Assembly (NCBI GenBank): GCA_963815195.1 | Contig: CAWFGE010000012.1 | Location: 256,001 to 320,000 of the forward strand | Source of the DNA: an uncultured Planctomycetaceae bacterium | GTDB taxonomy: Bacteria > Planctomycetota > Planctomycetia > Planctomycetales > Planctomycetaceae | DNA length: 64,000 bases | Direction: 5' to 3' | Part shown: piece by piece, positions 1 through 9,165 of the stretch | Layout of the letters: each line of letters begins with the position of its first letter | Position numbering within the stretch: position 1 is the first letter of the stretch | The notes under the pieces: model-generated | What the model was told of the DNA's origin: nothing | Databases searched by the model: none | What the model saw: the letters and a program-made list of their open reading frames with translations, nothing else | Made by a program: the position numbers and the translations under genes

Positions 1-26
1 ATTGGCCGCTCCCGCCGGAGGGTGAA

Positions 27-452
27 ATGTGCTTCATGAAACAGATTGCGAAAAACTTGACCGATTCGTTCGACGGATTTCTGCTCGACAAGAAATACGT
101 GTTCATGGATCGCGATGCAAACTTTAGCGAAGCATTTCGCACGATCCTCGAAGAGGCGGGCGTGACGCCCGTCCGGTTGCCGCCCAAAAGCCCGAACTTG
201 AACGCTCATTTGGAGAGGTTTTTCAGATCTCTCAAATCAGAAGCCCTCGATCGCATGATCTTCTTCGGGGAAAAATCGCTGCGGCGCGCCGTCGATTCGT
301 TCGTGACCCATTATCACACCGAACGCAACCACCAAGGACTCGGCAACAAGATCATTGATCCCGACGAACAAGTCGGCGCGATCGCGGGCCAGATTGAATG
401 CCGCGAACGTCTTGGCGGGATCTTAAAGTATTACCATCGCTCTGCGGCGTAG
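27..452 (+). mobile_element. Integrase-core (rve/DDE) transposase, C-terminal part; gene begins before the window
   Basis: Motifs DRDANF, P..PNLNAHLERFFRSLKSE, HYHTERNHQG and the C-terminus RERLGGILKYYHRSAA are typical of IS3/IS481-like integrase-core proteins. Confidence 0.85.
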
Positions 453-617
453 TCTCGACGCCCGCCTGCATCTCAAATTCGGCGATCGCGGTGCGCGCTG
501 CCCTCGCGAAATCGCCATTTGGGAACGGAACTACGCGCACGGGGGGACGAAGTTCGGCCGACTTTCGCTGGCCGAATCGTCCCGAAAATCAAATTGCCAA
601 AGAACTTTCGGGTCGTT

Positions 618-639
618 CCAATATTTTGACCATACGGCA
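618..639. repeat. Probable right end (terminal inverted repeat) of the integrase-type IS
   Basis: ...ccaatattttgaccatacggCA ends in CA, and IS1380 transposase similarity on the minus strand stops exactly here. Confidence 0.55.
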
Positions 640-903
640 TCGATCAGTCGATCGGCAAGGGATTCGGTGAGCGCGAGCCGATGATCGAAGTCCCGCAGCA
701 GAACGGCGCCGGCGTGCGACGTGAGCCGCCCATCGACGGCCTTGACCTTGATGGAACGATTGAAATCGGGCTCGAAAATGTTAGGCTGAGCTTCACCCAT
801 CGCGTGATTCCTCCGTTTGGTGTTGGGATTGCATATAACACTTAAACGCAGGGGGTCACGCGATGGTTCCTTCTTTTTCATCTTTTTTGGTGAATAATCC
901 GGG
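639..903 (-). mobile_element. IS1380-family element, left end plus truncated transposase N-terminus (ATG 800)
   Basis: MGEAQPNIFEPDFNRSIKVKAVDGRLTSHAGAVLLRDFDHRLALTESLADRLID resembles IS1380 transposase N-termini; candidate end CCCGGATTATTCA at 903-891. Confidence 0.7.
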
Positions 904-924
904 TCCAAGAGTGGCGAAACATCT

Positions 925-1323
925 TCATTCGTCAATTGACAAGTTGCGAATTTCCGATTCACGATCATCCGGTTGCGATTGAAGAAAGGCTATCCACTCC
1001 TGCAACACCCGTGAAAACCCCTCAAGACTCATCGTCTAGAAGTACTCCTCGTCATGCAACGAATAGATCTTCGCCTTGTTGTTCGTGAATTCAACGCCCC
1101 ACGTCTCACGGTCCCAATCGGAAGATTCCGATGCTCCCGCCGCCACCGATGTGATCCTCTTTATGCCCTCATTCGACCATGGCAGTGAATCCAAATAGGG
1201 CAGCCCACCGCTATCCATTAGGACGCAATCAAGCAGGCTGATGCCGTCTTGGTTGAGAAAATCGGATTTGCTTACGGGAGTATAACCCTCGAAATTTCGG
1301 CTCCATGTGAATGTGATGTTCAT
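925..1323 (-). pseudogene. Putative polymorphic-toxin immunity protein with an internal TAG at 1036-1038
   Basis: Starts 7 nt after the toxin stop. The 95-aa ORF continues in frame past TAG as TMSLEGFSRVLQEWIAFLQ... to TGA at 925, an immunity-like C-terminal helix. Confidence 0.65.
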
Positions 1324-1330
1324 ATTGCTT

Positions 1331-2295
1331 CTAATAGATTGGATAAACAGTGGTCTTTGGCTGCAAGTATCCCTCTACTCTAACGCCACTCGGTGTTGTG
1401 CCTGACCACTTGTTACCATTCACAGTCTTGTTCTTGAAAGCTGCGTCAACTTCAATCTCAAACGGTCTGCACTCCACGAATCAGGGAACATCGATGACCA
1501 CCCACCATTATTTGTCTTTGGTAGGAACTGACCGGCGTTGTTAGGGTCTGCAACTTCGATCTTGGCTTTGTAAACCCCATTTGCATTGGGAGTCGATTGC
1601 CGTCCCTTGAATGACTTTCACCTGCCCGGTCGCAGTCGAGTGCCCACCGACCACTTTCCCATTTGCCTTTACTTCGGCATTCAAAATGTGGCCATCGAAA
1701 TCAATAGGTGCAGTGACCTTAGCGGCACTTGTTGGGGCGTCGGGTTTGTTCGGATGAACGTTGCCATCAAATTCGCCGCCTTGACTGAGATCCTCTTTTG
1801 GTCCCTTTGTTGGACGTTTTGGAGTGTTCTTTGGACAATTCGGGCCATCTGCACCTCGAAGTGCTCGGCTCGGAACGAGATCGCTGAAATCGCCTGCGAG
1901 GCCGCCGGTCCCACCTGCGATTCGTAATCCATTTTTCCAGTTGAGTCCATTTTTGCGAGCATCTTGAATCCCTTCCGCCGTGTCGACGACATTTCCTGCC
2001 GCATCGTATCGCGGATAGCATAGCTTCCAGCCCGTGCAACCTTGCCGCCTTTCGAGAGTGCCGAGGCCGTTCCCCCAGTGCCGACACCTATGAGAATCTC
2101 GCTACCAGCCTGGGCAAACCCCTCCGACAGCCCACCGCCTCCGCGAGTCCGTTCCCATTCGCTCATATGAAGGAGCCCATTACCATCGCGCTGTCCAAGC
2201 GTGACCGTTGAGACGCCGGCATTCCATGCGCCATTCACAATCCCCTTCGCACCAGTGACTATCCCACTCCCGAATCCCTTAATCACGTCCCAGGC
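1331..2295 (-). pseudogene. Orphan polymorphic toxin C-terminal module with bacterial EndoU RNase domain (about 3 frameshifts, no N-terminal delivery core)
   Basis: Stitched frames give a Gly-rich pre-toxin linker, then IDFDGHILNAEVKANGKVVGGHS...PNANGVYKAKIEV...SMFPDSWSADR..EVDAAFKNK...WSGTTPSGVRVEGYLQPKTTVYPIY*; H...GGH and FP.SW are EndoU hallmarks. Confidence 0.8.
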
Positions 2296-2299
2296 CGGC

Positions 2300-2546
2300 G
2301 GGGTGGCATGCTCATGGCTTTGCATGAGCATGTCTTTGCCATCATAGGTTGATCGCGGGGTGGCCCAGGTTGCTTGCCAACCTGGGGGCGAAGCCCAAGA
2401 GGTTTGTGACAACTCGTAATCTCTCAGAAGTCTCTGACTCGACCCGCTCAATGGAAACCTCTTACGGTTCATTATACAGTCTTGGCGGATGACCAAAAAC
2501 CTCTTGTCGCTCTGCGACCCAGGTTGGCCAGCAACCTGGGCCACCC
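2300..2546. repeat. REP/REPIN-like palindrome cluster
   Basis: gggtggcccaggttgcttgccaacctggg (~2358) and its inverted copy cccaggttggccagcaacctgggccaccc (ends 2546); also the catgctcatg/catgagcatg hairpin at ~2308-2332. Confidence 0.75.
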
Positions 2547-2594
2547 TGCGGCAACGGTAATTGCAGCCTGCCCCCAGCCATGCCGCCGCCGTTG

Positions 2595-2960
2595 TCATTT
2601 CTCAAGGGTCACGGTCAGGGTCGTGTAATCGATGATCAAACGATGACCGATCAGCAATCCAATGCCGAGTAAGGGGAACTCGCCATCGTTGGCGATGGTC
2701 TCAATACGATGATCTTCATCAAACCACTTCAGAACGCAGGTAAATGTTTCCAACATCACGCTACTGCCATCGGCGAGTTTCGCCTCGGTTCCCGCCGTCT
2801 GCTCCAGCTCGGCAGCTTCGATCATGCTCCTCGGCAACACCAGTTCGCCATTGAAAGCCGTGTCAATCCAAGCCATGATGTTTGTCGGTTCCGTCTCCTG
2901 ATTTGCGCGAAGGCTCAACGGAAGAAGTGCCCGGCCAAAATCATCCACGACGCCATTCAT
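2595..2960 (-). CDS. Clan AA (retropepsin-like) aspartic protease, AF_0612-like
   Basis: AWIDTAFNGELVLP catalytic-type motif, LADGS flap, PLLGIGLL; 121 aa. Confidence 0.8.
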   Translation of the reverse strand: MNGVVDDFGRALLPLSLRANQETEPTNIMAWIDTAFNGELVLPRSMIEAAELEQTAGTEAKLADGSSVMLETFTCVLKWFDEDHRIETIANDGEFPLLGIGLLIGHRLIIDYTTLTVTLEK

Positions 2961-3208
2961 GGATTCAAGGCTCCAATGGTTACGGCGGTCTCGTGGCCCA
3001 CGCGGATTGCGAACGCCAGGCGATCCGGGTGCGCGGCACGGGAGGCTTGAATGGCTTCGCTCAACGTGTTGCCCAAAAAATAGTCCCCGGAATCGGGCTC
3101 AATCGCGACAAAGGCATTCCGATGGGCCGCCTCCAACGGGGTTCTCATTTTCTCTTCATACAACTGCTTTGCGCGGCGGGCCACGTCGGCGGTGTGTTCT
3201 GAAACCAT
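2957..3208 (-). CDS. Small partner protein of the aspartic protease
   Basis: 83 aa with FVAIEPDSGDYFLG; ATGA overlap with the protease start. Confidence 0.75.
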   Translation of the reverse strand: MVSEHTADVARRAKQLYEEKMRTPLEAAHRNAFVAIEPDSGDYFLGNTLSEAIQASRAAHPDRLAFAIRVGHETAVTIGALNP

Positions 3209-3305
3209 GATTTGCTCCTGCGAATGTCAGAGATCTCCAGTTTACTCGCTGGGATTCGATTGGGATACCCGTCTTCATTGACGGGTTCCAGTTTCGTGAC
3301 GAAAC

Positions 3306-6300
3306 TCACCCCGCGCGGTTCGCGAGGTTTAAGATCTCTTCCTCGGCGAGTTGGGCCGTCAGCAGCAGCGAGCGGTCGGCTTGGAAGGCGGTGGCGTCGC
3401 CGTCTCTTAGGAGGTGGAACTCGCCGGTCTTTTGGGCGGGGAGCCTCAGCGAGACATCGTCCTTGCATTCGCTGAGCATCGGCTTCATCTTGCGGATCGC
3501 GGTCGGCTCTTTGATCTTGCCCACGAGCCAGGTGCGGATGTTGTCCCGGCATTTGTAGTCGAAGTCGCCGGGGCTTTGCGTGGCTAGGAGCAAGCCGATG
3601 CCCGCCGATCTGCGCCCGCTTCAAGAGATCTTCCATCGGGCCTTTGGTCGAGGGCTTGCTTTGGGCCGGGAGATAGAGGTCCGCTTCATCGAACAAAAAC
3701 ACCGCCTGCAATTCCGGCGAGGGGTTGCCGTCGCCCCAGCGTTTGACCGCCATCAAAAACTGCGACATCCAGAACTCAATATCCAACCGGTCGCCTAAAA
3801 ACTTCGTGCTGATGATGGACAGTTGCGTCCGGCCCGGCTTCGCATGCGGCACCGGTGCCGAGGAGCGCATCGACATCGAGAGTTTCATCATCCGTTGGAG
3901 AGCGTTCGGGCTCGGCTGAGCTGGAGCGTGGAAAAATCCTGCACCAGCTTGTCGAAGGTTTTGGGATTCAATCGGCCGACGGCGTTGACGAGTTCGGGGT
4001 CGCCGCGGTGGACCATTTCGATAAGCCGGGCGAGCGTCAAGGTTTTGTCGGGCGTCCGCGTGGAGAGCAGTTGGATGGCGTGCGACAGGATGCCGATGGA
4101 GGCCACGTCCGATTGCTTGCGGGTGTAGCCCATCATGTTGCCCAGGGCCGAGGCCGAGTAGTTCGCGACCAGCTCGCGATCGAACGAGGAGAGTTCGCTT
4201 AAACCGTCGGGCACGAGCGGGATTGACAGGCCCCGCCCTTGCGGATTGCCCGGCGTGTAGACCGAGACGTTGATCTGTTCGCGGAGCTTTTCTTTGCGGT
4301 CGGCGGCGGCTTCGTTGGGGGCTTTTTGGTTCCAGAACTCGGCCTTGGCATAGCCGCACAAATCGCCCTTGCGATCGACGAGCACGGCGGGGATGCGTTC
4401 GAGCAACAACCGCTCGATGAGGTTCAAAGCCACCGTGGTTTTGCCGCTGCCCGAACTGCCCAACAAGGCCACGTGCTGCGTGAGTTCATTCGTCGTCACG
4501 CCCACCGGAGCGACCCGCCCGCGATGCGAGGTGCCGATGGGGATTTGATCCGCGGTCTCCCAATCGTTCGCGGGTTCTGCGGGGCTCGCCAGAGCGGCGG
4601 TTTGTTCTTGTTCCAGGCGGGATTGGCGATTGGCAGTCGCGGCCGAGGGCAGGACGGTCAGCGAATCCAAATCCAGCACTTCGCGGAGGGACTTGAGCTG
4701 CGCGAGCGGGCGTTCGGTTTTGAGCCAATCCGCGAAGCCCGGCTGTCCTTCGTACTCGACCAGGAATGTTTGCATGGCCCGCATCGCCCGCCAATCGGAA
4801 TCCTCCACAACCACCCGCCGGCCGCCGACCGCGACGATGCCTGCGATCTGCTGGGCGATCTTGGTTTTGGGGTTGTCGGGGAAATCCGTGGATCGCACCA
4901 AAACGGGAATGTCATCCCCGGCCCAGGTTTGAATCTGTTCGACCTGCCGGCTGAGCGCTCCGCCCAGAGGGCTGCGGTTGCTTACGCCAATCTTGAGCGT
5001 CTCCAAAACGCCGCCGTCGCCTTGGACCTGCGTTGTGAACTTGCCTTCCTCGTCGCTGGTCAGAAAGCGATGCCCGGTGTCCACCTCGCGCGAGACATGC
5101 GCGACCGCCCAGCCCAAGAGCGCCCCGAGCCGGTCGTCATCATCCGGCGGCGGCTGGCGATGGTCGGCCAGGCAATCGTTCCAAAGCTGCGTGAGATGAA
5201 TGATCTGCTCGTCGAGATCGCCAGAGAATGCCGCCGGCACCGGAGCCGCGCTCTCTCCACTGTCCGGCGCCGCCACGTCCAGGCCGTCGATCATGCGGTT
5301 GCGGTAAGTCCGGCACCAATCGAGCACGTCCCGCGTGCGGATGTTGGTAATCTGCTCCAACTGTTCTTTCGGGATGGGAAAGGTCGGGTCGTTCTCGTCG
5401 AAATCCACATCGGCCGATTCATACAAAAACCGCAGCCGCTGCCCGACGAGGCCCACGATCTCGTCCCAAGACCGGAGGCTATTGAGCTTGAGCGGTTCCG
5501 GGTCGCGTTCCAGGCGATCGATGAACGACCGCGTGAGGCTTCGTTTGAGGGCGGGTACAGGTCCTCCAAACAGGAGATGACCCACAGCGAGGAGGGCACG
5601 CGCTCGGCGAGTGCACACACCGTGCCCACGGCCCGGCGGAAGCGCTCGGCGTCGCGGTCGAGGTGGGCCATGTCTTCGAGCTGGTCCACGCACACCACCA
5701 GCGACACGCCCTGAAGGGCCCACATCAATTTGCCCAAGGTTTCGACCGTGCGTTCGGGATCGGTCCGCGGGACCATTCCGCCCAAAACTTGCCGATCCGC
5801 TTCGGAAGAATCCTCGCAGCGAAGGTAGCTCAGCACGCGGCTTTTGATTCGCGGCTCGTCCCGCTGCAAATACAGAAGCGCCTGGACCAGGTGCACGTCG
5901 CAGCCGGCGTAGCGTTCATCCTCGATGATCTGGTCGGCGATGTGGGCGATGAATTTCGCGAGTTGCCGATCGTCGAAACGGTCCTCGCGGAGCGATTCCC
6001 GCTCCTTCCTGAGGACCGACGAGGGGATTTCCACGAGCGCATCGGAGAGGCACATCAGCCCGCTGCCATCGGACGAGGGTTCGCAATACGGCTGGTCTAA
6101 GGAATCGATCAAATTGCTGAGCACATACCGCCCGTAGTCGTCGGTGGCGGAGGTCATCTGCAAATAGCCGCAATAACCGAGCCGGCGGGAATGGACGTGA
6201 TTGCGGAACACGCGCATCAGGTGCGTCTTGCCGGCCCCGGATTCGCCAAGGATGAGCAGCGTCCGCCCGGCGGGCAGTCCCGGCGGCGTGGTGGCCTGGT

Positions 6301-6547
6301 TGAGGAGCCTCGCGAACGCATCGCGGGCTTCCTCGTGGATGGTGGGCACATCAAACGGATCCTCCCGCCAGATTTCATGCCGATGGCAGACCGAGCGAAA
6401 CACCTCCGGCCCTTCGCCGGCGCAAAACACGCTGAGCCTGGGGTCCGCCCCATCCGTAAGCGACGGCCGATGAATCGCCGCATCTCCTGTTACAGTAGAA
6501 CCTTGCGCGCCGCCCGTCAACCCGTCCTTGCCGTGAGCCTTGCCCAT
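3306..6547 (-). CDS. Dual P-loop ATPase: N-terminal AAA+-like domain and C-terminal HerA/FtsK-like domain (about 4 frameshifts; start uncertain)
   Basis: First Walker A GESGAGKT with B VVCVDQLE; second Walker A GSSGSGKT, VLVDRKGD, FLFDEAD, LATQSP; frame changes near 5553, 3890, 3850 and 3612. Confidence 0.8.
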
Positions 6548-6719
6548 ATGAGAATCCTTTCCGAAGGGCCTCTGTCTCCTGGAATTCGCATCGGCCGGGA
6601 TTGTACGCGGAACGGCCTCAGAGGGCAGCGCGAGTTTTTCGCGGAAAGTTTTTGGATCGGTGATCGGGTTTGGTTTTGACAAAACCGGTTTCAACGAAGG
6701 AAATCGTCGAAAGAGTTGA

Positions 6720-7067
6720 TCAGCAGCACGGATCGCAATTGCCATTAACTGATTTCTTAGTCGTTGATCCGCGTACCACATAAAAGAATTGAGCTTCGAT
6801 TGTGTAGGGATCTCCGCAATTTAGCAGTTCGTTGATCTCGTATGTTTCCGTGATAGTCCCAGCAGTGTTTTGTGCGTTGATCAAGTTCGCCCCTACTTCG
6901 CCGCCATTCACCCACACTTTCAGGCCTTCGCCACACGTCCCTCCATCGTATTCTTCAGCTTCAGTATGGACGACCTGAATTTCCGCACTTAGATTCCCCA
7001 TATTGTCGCAGGAATGGCTGACGATTGTCACGGTGGCGGGGCTATAAATTTTTTGTTCGTTGCTCAT
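6720..7067 (-). CDS. Hypothetical Cys-rich small protein
   Basis: 115-aa ORF with ATGA overlap to the kinase stop; beta-rich pattern; ends GNCDPCC. Confidence 0.65.
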   Translation of the reverse strand: MSNEQKIYSPATVTIVSHSCDNMGNLSAEIQVVHTEAEEYDGGTCGEGLKVWVNGGEVGANLINAQNTAGTITETYEINELLNCGDPYTIEAQFFYVVRGSTTKKSVNGNCDPCC

Positions 7068-8956
7068 GGTGTCAATTCCTTACATTCAATGGTGTGAAAC
7101 ACGACGTGTCCCAATGCGACGATCCCGCAGCCTGACGCATGGGGGATATTCACTTTGTTCAGTTTTTGTGGCACTTCATGGAGGGATTCACCGTTGTATT
7201 TGAGGGAGACAATCTGCTCGGAATCCACTTCCATTTCCAAACGGATGCCGTCGTCCAGATCTTCGTCCAGTTTCGCACGCGCGAGTTCTTTCCGCTCGCG
7301 GAATGCGAAATGACGAAAGTTGTCGAGGCGAATCCTGCAATCCTCGATAATCAGAAGCATACCGGGATTGACAACGCCTCTCAGCACATACGCGACCTGG
7401 CAACGAAACTCTTTCGGTTCTGGCGAGGTTTGATGAATTCCAAACACGATGCCCGCTTGCGCATATTGATTCTCCAAATCCGCGGAGATGTGCATCCGAA
7501 AATGTCCGGACGGAGGTTGATGCGTTTGAAAGCAGGCCAAATCGGAACTGGATTTCACGACAACCCGGCCCCGGGGATCCAACACCCGGTAAAAGTCGTT
7601 GTTTTGAAGCGTTGCCCAGGCAATAGGGACGAGTTTCATTTCCACGGATGAGGCATCCGGTGGCGAGGCCGCGGTCGCCGGTTGCGCCTTCGGTTTTTGT
7701 TCCGAGCGAATGAAAGCCTCGCGTTCCTGCGCATGGGAATTCGCGTTTGCGTTCGGCCTTTCCTGATCAGGGGCTAGCGCATAGCCAAGGAGAGTTAAGA
7801 AGACCGCGGCCGCCCCAAGACCGAGCGTCGTTTTCCAGGGCGAAGAAAGGTAGGAGCGCAGGTCCGCCGCCAAGTGCGAAGCCGTTGCATATCGTTCCTC
7901 CACATTCTTCTTCAAACAGCGATCGCATATCCGCGCAAGTTTATGGGGAACTTCCGAATCGCAATAATGCAAAGGACGATGCGGTCGACGCGTAATCTCG
8001 TCTTTGAGTTGAGATCCCGAAGTACCTTGAAATGGTCGCTTCCGCGCAAGTAGTTCATAAAAGACAACCCCTAAACTCCAGATGTCCGAGCGACCATCGA
8101 GTTGGGCCGATTCGCCGGAGATTTGTTCGGGGGACATGTATGGGTAGGTTCCGGCCAATTCGTTTTGGTGGAGATACTGCTGGTCTTCGTGGATGGCAAG
8201 GCCGAAATCCGTGAGATACGGCGTTCCTGACTTGTCGATCAAGATATTGGCTGGTTTCACATCACGGTGCCAGATCCCGTGTTGGTGGGCGTAATGCAGC
8301 GCGTCGGCGACCATAGCAATCAATCTGGCCGAACGTCGAGGGCTGATTCGTTCGGACTTCATGATCTCGCGCAGGGACGCACCTTCGATGAACTTCATTA
8401 CGACGAAATAACGCCCATCCTCTAGTTCCCGGTAGTCGTAGAGGGGGGTAATGTTGGGATGGTCCAGTTGCGCGACGGTGCGCGCTTCCTTCAAAAAAGC
8501 ATCTCGACTTTGGCGAGAGATCAATCGATCTTGGCGGGGAATCTTTAAAGCGACAAGGCAGTTGCGATCAGGATCTTTTGCCAAATAGACCCGTCCAAAT
8601 CCACCAGTCCCAAGTTCGCGAATAATGAAATATCGATCGATCTTGGCGGGAAGAGTTTCCGACGGATCCGCCCCGCGCCGCGTGGTTGCTAGCGCTTCGC
8701 TTGTGTGGAGTCGGGAGAGAGTGGAATCGGGGAGAGCCTGACCCGCAACACGCGATGATGCCTGGCTGTCCCCTCCCGCCGGTTCGCGCGATTTCCCCTC
8801 AAGGCGCCGTAGACGTGATTCACAGGAGGTGCAGAATGCCACATGAGATGAAATCTCTTCAATTAACTTAAGATCATTTACGCTGCCTGAGTGATAATTC
8901 AGAAGGATTTGATCGCTATAACACTCGGCAGTGCCTGCCCCAGCGTCTGTATTCAT
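7064..8956 (-). CDS. Hanks-type Ser/Thr protein kinase with N-terminal Zn-finger, TM helix and extracytoplasmic domain
   Basis: HVAFCTSC; LGTGGFGRVY, VALK, HRDVKPAN, DFG, GTYPYMSPEQ; TM LGLGAAAVFLTLLGYALA. Confidence 0.93.
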   Translation of the reverse strand: MNTDAGAGTAECYSDQILLNYHSGSVNDLKLIEEISSHVAFCTSCESRLRRLEGKSREPAGGDSQASSRVAGQALPDSTLSRLHTSEALATTRRGADPSETLPAKIDRYFIIRELGTGGFGRVYLAKDPDRNCLVALKIPRQDRLISRQSRDAFLKEARTVAQLDHPNITPLYDYRELEDGRYFVVMKFIEGASLREIMKSERISPRRSARLIAMVADALHYAHQHGIWHRDVKPANILIDKSGTPYLTDFGLAIHEDQQYLHQNELAGTYPYMSPEQISGESAQLDGRSDIWSLGVVFYELLARKRPFQGTSGSQLKDEITRRPHRPLHYCDSEVPHKLARICDRCLKKNVEERYATASHLAADLRSYLSSPWKTTLGLGAAAVFLTLLGYALAPDQERPNANANSHAQEREAFIRSEQKPKAQPATAASPPDASSVEMKLVPIAWATLQNNDFYRVLDPRGRVVVKSSSDLACFQTHQPPSGHFRMHISADLENQYAQAGIVFGIHQTSPEPKEFRCQVAYVLRGVVNPGMLLIIEDCRIRLDNFRHFAFRERKELARAKLDEDLDDGIRLEMEVDSEQIVSLKYNGESLHEVPQKLNKVNIPHASGCGIVALGHVVFHTIECKELTP

Positions 8957-9165
8957 CAGTACGCCTCGATCAATATCATATCTCGTTCTCGCTATACTTA
9001 TACATTGTTGTTCACGTGGGACCAAGCAAAAAAACGAGCATTTTTCCGAAATTTTCGCGGCGATGGATCCCGGTTAATAGCGGGTCGTCCGCCCACCAAC
9101 GAAACTGGGACGAGCTTTCGATTGGGTGCGTGATGCCCGACCGACGCGACCGGCGAGCCGCGGCG

